From assembly GCF_009914755.1 (NCBI RefSeq), contig NC_060927.1: 64,000 nucleotides of DNA; one strand, given 5' to 3'. Made by a program: the position numbers and the translations under genes. The notes below the pieces were generated by a model. That model was given only the letters and a program-made list of their open reading frames with translations. It was not told the origin of the DNA and made no database searches. Position 1 is the stretch's first letter; each line of letters starts with the position of its first letter. This document shows, one piece after another, positions 13,249-25,577 of this stretch. This DNA comes from the human T2T-CHM13v2.0 reference genome, Homo sapiens.

Positions 13249-14540
13249 TAGTACACTTTTTAATAGAACTTATGTTGATGACCAACCTTGTCTTCTTTAT
13301 AATTTGTAAGAGAATTTTTAACCAGCATGTTTGAAGTTTTTTATACAGTAACACCTTATTAGGTTAAGGAAATTCACTTCTATTCCTAATTTTCAGAGAA
13401 TTTTTATTTTAGTTGTTGATGTTAATGTCTTTTTAAAGAATATATATTGAGACGACATAGTTTTAAAATCTCTTGATGGTCAATCAAATGGTCAATTCTC
13501 ACTCTTCATCCTATTTTAGCTATCAACCTCTGACAAACGTCGTTAGTCCTTCTTGACACAATTTTCATTTGGCTTTTAGGGCATTCCCTCGCTACCATGT
13601 CCTACATTTCCTCTTCTCAGTGATTGCTCCTTTTCACGCACCCCTCTAGGTCTTCTTCTCCCAAAATCTATAGATTGAATGTCCCAGGGCTCAGTTCTTG
13701 GACTTTACTCATTTATCAACATTTACGTTCTTGGCTTTTATGCTAACATCTTCTAAGTTTGTCTTGCATTCAATGTTCTCGCCCAAACACCAGATTGGAT
13801 ATCCAGCTTCTACTTAGTATCTCTAGTTGAATGCCTAGTACATATCTCAAATTTAACAAGTCTAAAACTAAACTCCTTATCTCTCTTCTGAACACACCCC
13901 AGACCTGCACCATGTATGGCTTCTCAGTTTCTGTTATTGGTGACTTTATTCCTTAAACTAATCAGAACAAAACCTTGGGATTATTCTATACTCCTTTTTC
14001 TTTATTGCCTCGCTAGTAATCATTCAGGAAATCCTATTAGCTCTTCTTTCAAAATAGATGCGGAATCTTATCCCATCTCACCACTTCCCCTATCATCACC
14101 CTGGTCTGATCCACGGTCATCTCTTGACTTTGAAAAGGGGCCTGCTTTGTTCCCTTACCCCTCTACAAACTGTTTTCAATATAACCTTTTAGTGTTTCTT
14201 GTAGAGAGTAAGTTAGGTCATGACACTTCTTAAAGTCCTCGAATGATTCCCCATTTCACTTAGACTTAAAGCCAGAATCCTTAGAATGGCCTACAAAGAC
14301 CTACAAGGAACTTCAACTTCCACCACTTCCAACATACCCCCTTTCTGATTTCCTCCACCATTACCATTATCCCCCTTGCACACCGTGGCAGCCTCACTGT
14401 CTCAGTGCTATGTCTTGAGCACAGAAGGCAGGCTTCTGCCTTGCTGCCTTTGTTTCAGCTCTTCTATCTGGAATGTTCTTACCTAATCCACTTTCCTAAT
14501 CCCCCCATCTCTGTCAAGTCTTCACACAAATCTCACCTTC

Positions 14541-14961
14541 TCTATTATTCCATTTTACCTTGCTATAAAGGAATACCTGAGACTGGGTAATTTATAAAGA
14601 AAAGAGGTTTATTTTGGCTTATAGTTCTTCATACTATGCAAGAAGCACGGTGCCAATATCTGCTTTAGGTGAGAACCTCAGGAAGCTTCCAACCATGGTG
14701 GAAGGTGAAGGGGGAGCAGTTGTGACACATGCTGAAAGAGCCAGCAAGAGAGGGAGGAGGGGGTGCCAGCCTCCATTAAACAACCAGCTCTCACGTGAAT
14801 AGATGGAGTGAGAACTTCCTCATTACCACAGGGAGGGCACCAAGCCATTCATGAGGGGTCCGCTCCCATGACCCAAACTTCTACCACCAGGCCCCAACTC
14901 TAACACTGGGGATCACATTTCAACATGATATTTGCAGAGGACAAACATCTGAACTATAGCA
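14541..14961 (-). mobile_element. MSTB solo LTR (MaLR)
   Basis: gctataaaggaatacctgagactgggtaatttataaagaaaagagg...gatcacatttcaacatga...actatagca. Perfect 5-bp TSD ccttc. Confidence 0.9.
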
Positions 14962-15096
14962 CCTTCTCTGTATAGACTTCTCTACCCTATGTAATATTAC
15001 AGACTTAACACACATGCACATCCCTTACTCATCCCTGCGCGTTGACTCTCACTTACTGTCCTGTTTTCACACCAGTTATTTTCTAACGTCCTGTAT

Positions 15097-15313
15097 CAGG
15101 AATCAGCAAACTTTTTCTAAAGGCCAAACAGAATTTTCAGCTTTGTGGACCATACATCCTCTTTTACAGCTATTCAACTCAGCTATTCTAGCATAAAAGC
15201 AGTTATAGCGCAGACAATACATTTTTTAAAAAGTGGGGCTATATTCCAATAAAAGTTTATGAAAACAGATGACAAACTAGATTTGGCCCATGCCCTGTGC
15301 TAATTGAAACCTG
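15097..15313 (+). mobile_element. MER58A
   Basis: caggaatcagcaaactttttct...ttccaataaaagtttat..gatttggccc..cctg. Confidence 0.8.
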
Positions 15314-16030
15314 TTCTACATTTGATTTATTATGCTTATCTTTTTGTAAGGTTAGAATTATCTCTTATGTCAATGAATAGCTTATAAAACCATCTAGGCC
15401 TAGAATTTTCTTTGTGAACATACTTTTTCTTCCCTTTCATTAATGGTTATATGACCTCATTTAACTTCATTTAACTTCGTTAATGGTTATAGGCCCATTT
15501 AGGAATTTCAGTTCTTCTTGAGTCAGTTTTATTTATATTTAAATTGTTAACAATTATCTTTTTAAATCTCTATACTTCTTATCAGTTGTCTTTTATCCTA
15601 AACATTAATATATTATTCCATTCTTGTTTCTTAGTTATTCTTGACAGAGATTTTACTGTGTTTTTCTTTTTTAGTCTTCTCAGGGGACCAAATGGATTGT
15701 GGGTTCTCTCTACAGTAAGTTTTTTTAATTCTTCAATTCCTGTCCATATTTTTATTTAGTACTTTTTTATTTGGGTTTATGCTTTCTGGATAAATTGTTA
15801 TTTATCAGTCTTCCCTTTTTTTTTTCTAGATATACATATAATTTACAGCTATAAATTTTCCCCAAATGAGTGACTTTACTTCATCCCACATATTTGGACA
15901 CATGTGGCATTATTATTTGATTATCTTTGAATATTTTTATATCTTTGATACCTACTTTTGACAATCGGGTAAGGGGTCTTTTTACATTTCTAAGTGTAGT
16001 TTAAAGAATTTTATTGATGTTTAAATTGTA

Positions 16031-16335
16031 CAGTTAGCCCTTTGTACCCATAGGTTTTGCATCCATGGATTCAGCCAACCACAGATCAAAAATGTTCAGG
16101 GGAAAAGTTAAAAATAGCAAGGCAACAAAATACTGATAAAAATATAGTATAACAACTATTTACATAGCATTTAAATTGTGTTAGGTATTATAAGTAATCT
16201 AGAAATGATTTGAAATATACGAGAGGATGTGTGTAGGTTATATGCAAATACTACTCCATAGGAACTTGAGCATTCATAAATTTTGGTATTGGAGGGTCCT
16301 GGAACCAATACCCCTTGGATATAAAGGGATGACTA
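16031..16335 (-). mobile_element. MER2B/MER2
   Basis: TA|cagttagccct...ttaggtattataagtaatctag...taggttatatgcaaatact...gtcctggaaccaat. Confidence 0.85.
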
Positions 16336-17497
16336 CTTTCATCAGAGAATAGAACAATATGGTACTACTGATTCTTTGAAATTGGTTGAGACTTGCTTTA
16401 TGGCCCAGCATGCAGTTCAATTTTATTATTTTCTGTATTTGTATGAAATGTATACTGTTTTGTGCTAAGAATGTTGATTAAATCAACCCTATTAATTTTG
16501 TTCTTCATTGGTGATTCTTTTTATCTGCTGATTTATTGATTACTAAGATTTGTTAGAATCTTCCAGGATGATGACTTTCTTTACCCATATAGTTGCATTA
16601 TAATGCCCTTCAGATATTTCAAAGCCAGGTTAACAGGTACAGATAAGTTTACGTACAGCTTGTTTTATCTTCCTGGTGAAGTAACTCTCAACATGTTGCT
16701 GTGATTCTCTGTATTGCTAGTCATGCTTATTATCATGAAATCTATTAATATAGCTTTATAGATCATTTTGATTAGATTTTGACTCATTTCTTTTTCTATT
16801 TTCTACTTCCAATTTTATTTTGCCTCTTTACATAGCTTTTTTCTTTTTTTTCTGAGTAAATGTCATGTAACTGGATTTTGGCAGTCTTTAGTTTTACTTA
16901 ATGTAGTTCATTTATGTTGATGGCAGTTACCACAATTTTAAATTGTTTATATTTTATATTTGTCTTGATCTTTTTGTATATTTTCATTTTTTGCCTTCTA
17001 TTTTGTTATTAAAGTTTTTTCTCACTGCATTGTTTTACTCTACTACACTAAAAGTTATACGCTCATTTCCCTCCTTTTAGTTGTTACATTAGAAATAGAC
17101 AATTATGCCTAACACATAAAAATCTAATGCTTATTAATATCTTTACCTCCTCCCAAACAATATGTAAACCTTAGAATGCATTAATGGGGGTAAATCTCTT
17201 GCAAATTTATATGCTTCTGTTAAACAAGATTTTGGTGCTATCTTTTTCTAATCTTACATTTTAACATTTGAATTTTTAAAAAAAGATTTACATACAAGTC
17301 CTTTTGTTTTTTTCATTTTAAACTTTTGGAATCATTTTTCTTCTTGAAGTATATTCTGTTGCATATTTTTAGTGAACCAACTGTATTGGTTGCCGAAGTT
17401 GATACTATATCTAGGAAATCTCTGCTGTATTCAGGCTTAAATACTTCAGTAACTTGTAAGCCTGGCTTAGGCCATCTATAGATGATCTGATGTGGTC

Positions 17498-17729
17498 TGT
17501 ACAGTAATTTAGCATTCTGGCTCCGGACTCATTTTTTAGGATTGCCTGGCAACTTGTGATCTTGGGCAAGTTCCTTATGTACTTTAGCCTCAATTATTTT
17601 GTCTGTACAAGGGAATAATTACAGCACTTACCCATAGGTTTATTATGAGAATTGAATAAATTAATGCACTAAAAATGCTGATGGTACTGCCCTGTCTAAT
17701 GTAAGCAACTCCAATGTAAGCTATTATTT
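17498..17729 (+). mobile_element. MIR
   Basis: tgtgatcttgggcaagtt...gcctcaatt..tctgta..gggaataat...gctattatt. Confidence 0.8.
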
Positions 17730-17754
17730 GTATATATATTGCAACTTCAAAATG

Positions 17755-18600
17755 TTGTTTTAGTGTGAAATGTCTATTTTCAGGAAAGTTACAAAGATAT
17801 TTCAGGGAGTTCCCATGTATCTTTACCCAGTTTACCCTCATGTTAATACCTTATAAATCCATAATACAATGATCAAAATCAAGAAAATAACATTAATATA
17901 ATACTATTAACTAAATTACAGACCTTATTCAAATTTTACCAGTTTTTTCACTAATTTCCTTTCCCTGTTTCAGGATAGAATCCATTATCCCACATTACAT
18001 TTAGTTGTCATGTTTTTATAGTTTTCTATCATCTTCAAAATTCTTTATTCCTCCCTTGTCCTTCAAGGTCTTCACACTTTTGAAAAGTAATAGTTGCTTC
18101 TTCAGTTTGTTTGGTTTGTTGGACTCCTCTGCTAGTTACTTTTTAGACTGTCCCTCCATTTGGATCTAATAATTTCTTGTGATTGGGTTGAGGTTATATA
18201 TTTTTAACTAGAGTTCCATGGAAGTGATGTGCCCTTTTCAGGGCATCATTTCAAGGATACATGATGTCAATGCATCTTATTACTGATAACTTTCATCACT
18301 TGTTTAAGGTGGTGTCTAGTGGTTTCTCCACTCTGAAGTTACATTTTTCTCATTGTGATTAATATCTTGGGAAAGAAACTTTGAGACTATGTAAATATCC
18401 TGAATCTCTTCGAACTTTGAACTGCTAATTTTAGTATCCATTGGTGGATCTTGTCTATGACAATTATCACTGAAGTATTTGCTTAATGGTAATTTTCTGC
18501 TTCCCTCATTTCTTCTATATTAATTCACATTTTTTCCTACAATTAAGAGATGCTCTCTGCCTCATTTAATGCAAATATTATTATGGGTTAGAATCCAATG
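17755..18600 (-). mobile_element. L1MC (MC4/MC5-like) 3' end
   Basis: gagttcccatgtatctttacccagttt...atactattaactaaattacagac...ttcatcacttgtttaaggtggtgtct. Confidence 0.75.
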
Positions 18601-19493
18601 AAAATAAGTTATAATAATGGCTTGAAAAAGAATCAGGTAGCTCAGTCCTATGAAGCATAAACAACTTTAATAAAGTCTGAAATGTCTGAGCAAGTGAACA
18701 TATTAGCATTTAATATTTTAGCTTTTTAACCCATAATACTCTAGAAATATGTCTTGATCTTATGAACTACACATCTTATTTCTCAATCTCAAGTAGTATA
18801 AACCAGTCTGTCTTCTAATGCAATTTTATAAATGTGTCTTCAAGGACCCACAATATATTAATTGCTGGAAATCTTTAGCTTTGGGAAACAACCAACTTGC
18901 CATGTGATATTATGCCAAAATACAAAATTTTCTTACGTATGGAAACATGATGCCAATTAGAAAAACAGAGTTTAGATAGTGGCATTTCATTTATCAGATA
19001 TTTACTATTGATGGATGCAATGTCCTTCCCAGGCATAAACATACTCAGAAGCAAAACAGATTTATCATAAAATACTAAGCAAGAAAAATCATTTTATTAA
19101 TGCCAGTGCTATTAGGATTTTGGAATATTAATAAGAACACTTAGGACTCAGAGCTAATAGTACAAATTGAAATGACAATATATGTAAATGTATTTGTTTT
19201 ATCATGTATATTTTCTCTAATTTTTATTAGCAGTGCCCCAAGTTGGAAGATTATTTAGTTTAATGGTTAGATGCACAATGTAAAAGTAATATATCTATAT
19301 ATCTTTTGAAAACTATTGTTTCAACTTAGCTGGGAACATTTCTTAGCTGCACAATGATTCATAGATAGTATCTCACTTCTGTTTAAACACAGTTCTGAAA
19401 AAGAGGATAAATACATTAAACTCTGAAGTTCTTATATATTTGCATATCTAAGATTGGTCATAATTTACATGATAGTAATTTTTTAAAGCAATC

Positions 19494-19526
<33 letters not shown>

Positions 19527-20692
19527 GGAAAATTCACATCAATCTTCTTGAAACTCTAGAAAGACTTAAGAATAGAAAGCCCCAGAACCTTTAAAAGTAG
19601 AGTGCAGGTATGGCTGCAAATGGGAGAATTTGTTGAAAGGCTATAAAAGAAACAGTTATGGTGACTTCATCCTCCTACACAAAATCCTGAAGTTTCACTT
19701 CTAAAGATGATGGTTCAACAAGACCACAGCCAAGATACCAGGTACAGCTGAGGTTTGAAATACCAGCGTAAGGGCAGGAGGTTTTAGTATAAACCTACAT
19801 GCTGAAGAGGGAGACCTCCAAGTCTGATCTTCCACTGATCTTTGATAACAATGAGTGGCAGGCTGGCATACGTCTCAGAAGGGAGATCAGAGGCCTCTTT
19901 TATGCAGAGGGAAAAAGACTGACAGGTAGTGGCAAGTGAGGGCTTGTTAATGAAATGATCCTCAGGTCACCATGCTGGAAAATCTACCTGTCCACAGGCC
20001 TCCAACACATGTCCACATGAATGTGAGCCTCTAATCGGCTTTTAAGGAAGATTTTCCTGTTTCTTTTCAAAATATATCACTTACTAGGTGTTTTTCACAA
20101 CACAGACATGCATTTAGCTGAAAAGACAAAATAGACAATCATCTCACCAACTCGGTTTCCTATTGACATAAAGGGATAATAAAAGTACTACACGTGCAAG
20201 GTTCCAAAATGAGAACAGTAAAGAAAGGCACAAAGTGAGTGTTTTGAGGCTATGTCGTTAGCCATATACTTGTTTAGAATTGTGTTGTCTTAATGAATAG
20301 TCTTTTATCATAACTCTTCTAGTCCAGCTTTTGTCCTCAAGTCTCTTTTGCCTATATTAATATAGCCAAACCATTTTTTTTTTTTGCTTGTAGTTTCCTT
20401 GTATGTCTCTTCCATCATTTTTTTAAACTTTCTTTTACTTTAGGTGTGTCCCACATATAGCACGCAATTGGATTTTGTTTTTGAAGTTTTCATCTTTCTG
20501 CTTGGCTTGTTTCCAAGTTGTGATTTTTTTTTTCCCTGCTTGTTTTCGTTTCTCTTATGTTTTACATGCTTTCCTCAGATACTGGCAAAAACCTTGGTTG
20601 ACTGCTTATGATTTGGAGTGGGAAGCAAAAGAGCTGACTGGAGGCTCTGAAAAGGTAGATGGGGCATATCAATGGTGAGAGTTACTCTAAAG

Positions 20693-20911
20693 CAGGACTC
20701 TCAACATTGGCATTGACATTTGGGGACAGGTAATTCTGTGTTATCAGGGGCTGTTGTGTGCATTGTAGGATTTTTAGCAGCATCCTTGGCCTCTACCCAC
20801 TAGATGCCATAAGCACCCCCTAATTGTGATAACCAAAAGTATGCCCATATATGCCAAATGTGTCTTGGAGTCGGGGGTGAAGTCTAAAAATCAACCAGTT
20901 GAGAACCACTC
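20693..20911 (+). mobile_element. MER20 (hAT)
   Basis: ttgacatttgggg..ggctgttgtgtgcattgtagga..tttagcagcatcc..ggcctctacccactagatgcc...gttgagaaccact. Confidence 0.9.
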
Positions 20912-21308
20912 CTGTCGGGTGATCTGCAGATACCATTTGTAGAAAAGCCCCTGGTGTCAGAATCTTTGTGGTTTTTCTTGGACTAGTAAGATTGCCCGGA
21001 GAAAAACCTTACTGTCTCCTGCCTATAGATAAAGACTTGGTTGAAGATATTTTATTTCATTTTTATTTTTCAAATTTATTTAGTTGTAAAATTTCTCATT
21101 TTTATTTCTTCTCATTAAAAAATAAAAATACTTACTTTGTATATCTAATAATATCCATATCTGAAGTCATTGCCAGTCTGATATATTAACTGGCTTTCAC
21201 ACCTACTTTTCTTTTATGTTTTATATATTTTTTTTCTCACTGTAGACTTAGTTTTCCTGGAATTTCATTTTTGGTAATCTTTAAGGCCTGAGTTAAAAAT
21301 TGAGTTCC

Positions 21309-21681
<373 letters not shown>

Positions 21682-21704
21682 TTAACAATCAAGAATCACT
21701 TTAA

Positions 21705-21834
21705 AGCTGGGTGTGGTGGCTCTCCTCTGTAATCCCAGCACTGTGGGAGGCCAAGTGGGAGTTTCACTTGAGGCCAGGAGTTTGAGACCAGCTTGGAAAA
21801 CATAGACAGAACCTGATCTTTTAAACAAAAAACC
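21705..21834 (+). mobile_element. FLAM_C-like Alu monomer
   Basis: Left monomer with A-rich tail. TSD gaatcacttta (21693-21703 / 21835-21845). Confidence 0.85.
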
Positions 21835-22734
21835 GAATCACTTTACATTCTTGACTTGAGGGATTTAGGATCACCGTGGCAGAAGTTAACTTAAATACTG
21901 TAAACCTGTGTGAGGTCCTGCTAGGATTTCCCAGTTCTCAGTGGAGAGATTTTTGTCTTTCACTTTTCACCAGGATTCAAGATGTGTAGATTTTCTTGCA
22001 GATCTCAGATGGGTTTTTAGTTCACAGTTACATTAAGGGTGTACATTTTGAGAATATTTATTCAGGGAGTTTTGTCCTGCGTGAATCCCATCTTGCAAAG
22101 TTCTTGAGTTTTGTGTTACGCCTCTGTCCTACAAAGTCACGAAAACTGAAGCTCCAGAGCCCCTAATGCAGTAAATACTCAAAGACATAAACAAGATAAG
22201 GAGCTCCCCTTAGCTCTACGTTCCTGGTTTTTGATACATTTTTTCCTCTATTTTTTGCTTTCTTGCCAGTTCATCAATGCTTAATTTTTAAAAGCATTTT
22301 AGAATTTTTAGTTGTTCTCAGTGGGAGTTAGTAATGGATTCTGATCTGTTATACCACCCTAAATGGCAACTGCATTTTTTTTTTCTGTAACAAATGAGCA
22401 CATATGTATGGCTATCAGACATTTGGGGAATACCATCACATCAGAGAGATGGAAAAAATAGAAAGGGCTTGGGGAAAGGGATCTTTGGAAAAGAAAAGGC
22501 AGTGAAGGAGCAGAGGAAAACTGGGGGTGGGGGCAACACGAATCTGTAATTAATATCCTTGGAGAGATAAAAGAAGATAAAGCCTCCATAAAATAATAAA
22601 GCTTATAACCATGTAATTTTCAAGGGATAGAAATATTCAAGTAGTTATGGTGGGGTAGTTGAAGATACCTATTTGTTCTTCTTAATGATATGTAAAGAGA
22701 TAGAAAACAGGAGAAAAATCTTAGAAAAGTAGAC

Positions 22735-23536
22735 CCATGGTTCTCAACATGGGTTGTGAATACCCATGAGAGTTCCCTAAAATCCTAGAAGGGACTTCAT
22801 GAGGTGTCACCTATATATGGGTACAAGTAAGAATTTTCTTCATAGACTCCAATGATAACATATCTCAACAATTTGAATGCACAAGCAGATATGAAAATCC
22901 AAGGGTGTTCCATCATACCAGACACTAAAGAGATTTGCAAAATGTAATGCTACTCTTCTCACTAACTTTATTTTGGGACATATAGTTACTTTCTATAAAA
23001 ATGTTGTGTTACTGTGAACTTATGTTAAATATGTTTAATTCTTTTTCCACATTAATGTCTATTACAATAAAGATTTATAGACTTAATCCTCATATGTAGA
23101 AGTTCTTTGGGATCTAATATGGTTTGGCTCTGTGTCCCCACCCAAATCTCATCTTGAATGGTAATCCCTGTGTGTCAAGGGAGGACCTTGTGGTAGGTGA
23201 TTGGATCATGGGGTTGGTTTCCCCCATGCTGTTCTCATGATAGTGAGTGAGTTCTCACTAGAGGTGATGGTTTGAAAGATGTTTGGCAGTTCCTCCTTTG
23301 TTCCCTTTCTCTCCTGCTGCCATGTAAGATGTGCCTTGCTTCTCCTTTGCCTTCTGCCATGATTACAAGTTTCCTGAGGCTTCCCCAGCCATGCAGAACT
23401 GTGAGCCAATTAAGCCTCTTGTTTATAAATTACCCAGTTTCAGGTAGTATCTTTATAGCAGTGTCAGAACAAACTACTACAAGATCTTCGTTTTTAAGAA
23501 AGTGAAGTCTGAGATCAAAATTTTTGATAACTGCTG
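22735..23536 (+). mobile_element. Charlie1b split by THE1 LTR
   Basis: ttgaatgcacaagcagatatgaaaatcca..ccagacactaaagagatttgcaaaa..actcttctcact; resumes after the LTR with tctgagatcaaaatttttgataactgctg. Confidence 0.8.
23115..23481 (+). mobile_element. THE1D-like solo LTR (MaLR)
   Basis: atatggtttggctctgtgtccccacccaaatctcatcttgaat...ataaattacccagt..caggtagtatctttatagcagtg..actaca. TSD ggatc/agatc. Confidence 0.92.
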
Positions 23537-24418
23537 AACTAAGCAATTAGCCTGGGGAGTCCAAGATCTGGTACATGGGACTTGAGAAAGAATAGAGAAA
23601 TTTCTCAATTCAGAAGAGCTTTTTAAAAATGAAGGACAAGGGTTTCCAGGTTGAGTGAACTCATTGAGTACTTAGTAAATTGATTTGTTTGCATATTACG
23701 ACATTTCAAATCTCTTGGGACCAAGAGAAAATCTTGAATATTTTCATAATGAAAAATAAAAACAGATTACCTATAAATGTTTGAGAATTATAGTGGCATT
23801 GATCTTTTTAAAAGTTACTGGAATCCAGAAGACAATGGAGCACAAAACCTTCAAAATTCTGAAGGAAAATATGGAACCAACCCAAGAATGTCAAAATAAG
23901 AGCACAATGATGGCTGTGGCAGGTGGTAGCCCAAGGCTCCCTGTGCAGAGTGGAGGAAAATAGTGTCTCAGGAGTGATGACTGCTGAAAATAATCAAATT
24001 GATCATTTTTTGAACTGTTTGATTTGAGGAGAGTTGTACTTCAGCAGAGTTTTTGAATGAATTAGTGAAATTAACAAAACTAGACCAAAAATATTGACTC
24101 AATTTTTAGCTCTTGGGAAAACAGTTTTATGAAAAAAAGATACGTAATTATGTGCCACATGACTCAGCTATAGATTATATGAATATTGCCATAACAATGA
24201 AAAATTGAATATTGAAAAAATGAAAGTCTAATAGTGACTTGTATTTGGAGAATAAGAGAATAATGTCTATAGGAGGCTGATAGGTAGAATGACAGGCAAG
24301 ACTTAGGAGATTTAGTAAATAACATTCTGCATTAAAATCAATAGCAATATAATTTTTAAAGAAGATATAGCAGAACAAGTAGCTAAGAGAGTTGAGTTAC
24401 ATTAAACATAACTGATTA

Positions 24419-24718
24419 CAGTCGGCCCTTTGTACCCGTGAATTCTGGATGTGTTGATTCAGCCAATTGTCATTTAAAAATTTTTAAAAAATTGTGTGTA
24501 CTCTAGATATTCCTTGTTATTCACTAAACAATACAATAAAAATAACTCTAGCATTTATATTGTACTAGGTATTATAAGCAATCTAGAGATGATTTGAAGT
24601 ATATGGAAGGGTAGGCATAGGTGACACACAAATGCTATATCATTTTATATCAGGAATGGAACTTGATAATCTGCAGAAGCTCCTGGGAGCAATCCCCCAT
24701 GGATACAAAGGGTGACTG
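24419..24718 (-). mobile_element. MER2
   Basis: TA|cagtcggccct...aatctagagatgatttgaagtata...aatcccccatggatac..gactg|TA. Confidence 0.85.
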
Positions 24719-24889
24719 TAGTTAATTTTATTGTCATCTATGGGACCATAATAACATCCATTTCAACTTCAATATTTTCTCAGCACAAACTTGGTATTTT
24801 GTGGTGTATTTACTAGAGAAGAACAGAGTTGCTTACATTTTTCATAGTTTAACTGCCCCAACATCTTCAAATCTGTATAGAAGCCTTAA

Positions 24890-25390
24890 CTTGTTACCCA
24901 GTCCACAGACATTCCCCATGTCTCTGCTGTCAGAATGCTGATTTTGTCCAGGAATGCCACTCTTCTCCCTATAGACATGTGCTTAACCAGCATGGGAAAT
25001 CCCGTTCTCCTAACCCATGATTGGTTGATGAAGGCATATATGACAGAACTCTGACCAATTACACCTAGTTGGGAGAGTCTTCACTGGTGGTGGTGAGGGG
25101 GCATATGGAAAGGGTTTCCTTATTTATTCTCTTCTGATGGGTGGTGGTGAGGCGAGATGTGATGCCTCAAACTGCGTGCAGCACTAAGGGGAGCTGAAGC
25201 TGAACATGTCAAACGGAGAGTCAGTAAGAGCCTTTCTCCTTGTGACATTCATTGTAGAGTCACTAAGTTAACCAACCCTGGGACCCAACTCCAGACTTGA
25301 AACAACAAAAAATCTGTTTTAAAAAATCCCCTTTATTTAAGCCAGTCAATTAAAGCTGAATTTTAAAGTTCCAACTGAAGTCAATTGATA
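24890..25390 (+). mobile_element. MLT1 (I/J/K-like) LTR
   Basis: gattggtt..ggcat..tgac..tctgaccaat, gatgtgatgcct..actgc, tccagactt, tttaagcca. Confidence 0.6.
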
Positions 25391-25526
25391 TTTTCCCAAA
25401 AGCAAGTTGCATTTTAGAGTCATTGATCTCTAATTAAATCCTCTTAGGTGCATGTAGTCCTTTGATATTCAGGGGTGAAAGATTCACATTTACTTGGGCA
25501 TGTTTGAAGCCAGACTTTCAACAATC

Positions 25527-25528
<2 letters not shown>

Positions 25529-25574
<46 letters not shown>
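25529..25574 (+). repeat. (TG)23 microsatellite
   Basis: Pure dinucleotide run. Confidence 0.98.

Positions 25575-25577
<3 letters not shown>

Larger units (their letters stand above)
13483..15350 (+). mobile_element. L2a, interrupted by MSTB and MER58A
   Basis: tcccagggctcagttcttgg, atatccagc..ctactt..atctct..ttgaatg..catctcaaatttaac, aatggcctacaa. Confidence 0.8.
11560..17400 (-). mobile_element. Ancient L1 (L1ME/L1M5-like), fragmented by younger insertions
   Basis: Antisense ORF2-type blocks such as gttctttgtatatcctgga..ttgcaaatatcttctcccag (12230-12300), ttctattcctaattt (13378) and aaccatctaggcct (15388). Boundaries approximate. Confidence 0.65.
22580..24400 (+). mobile_element. HAL1/old L1 ORF1-region remnant hosting Charlie1b
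   Basis: ctggaatccagaagacaatggagc..accttcaaaattctgaaggaaaat and gaccaagagaaaatc, typical of HAL1/L1 ORF1. Confidence 0.6.
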
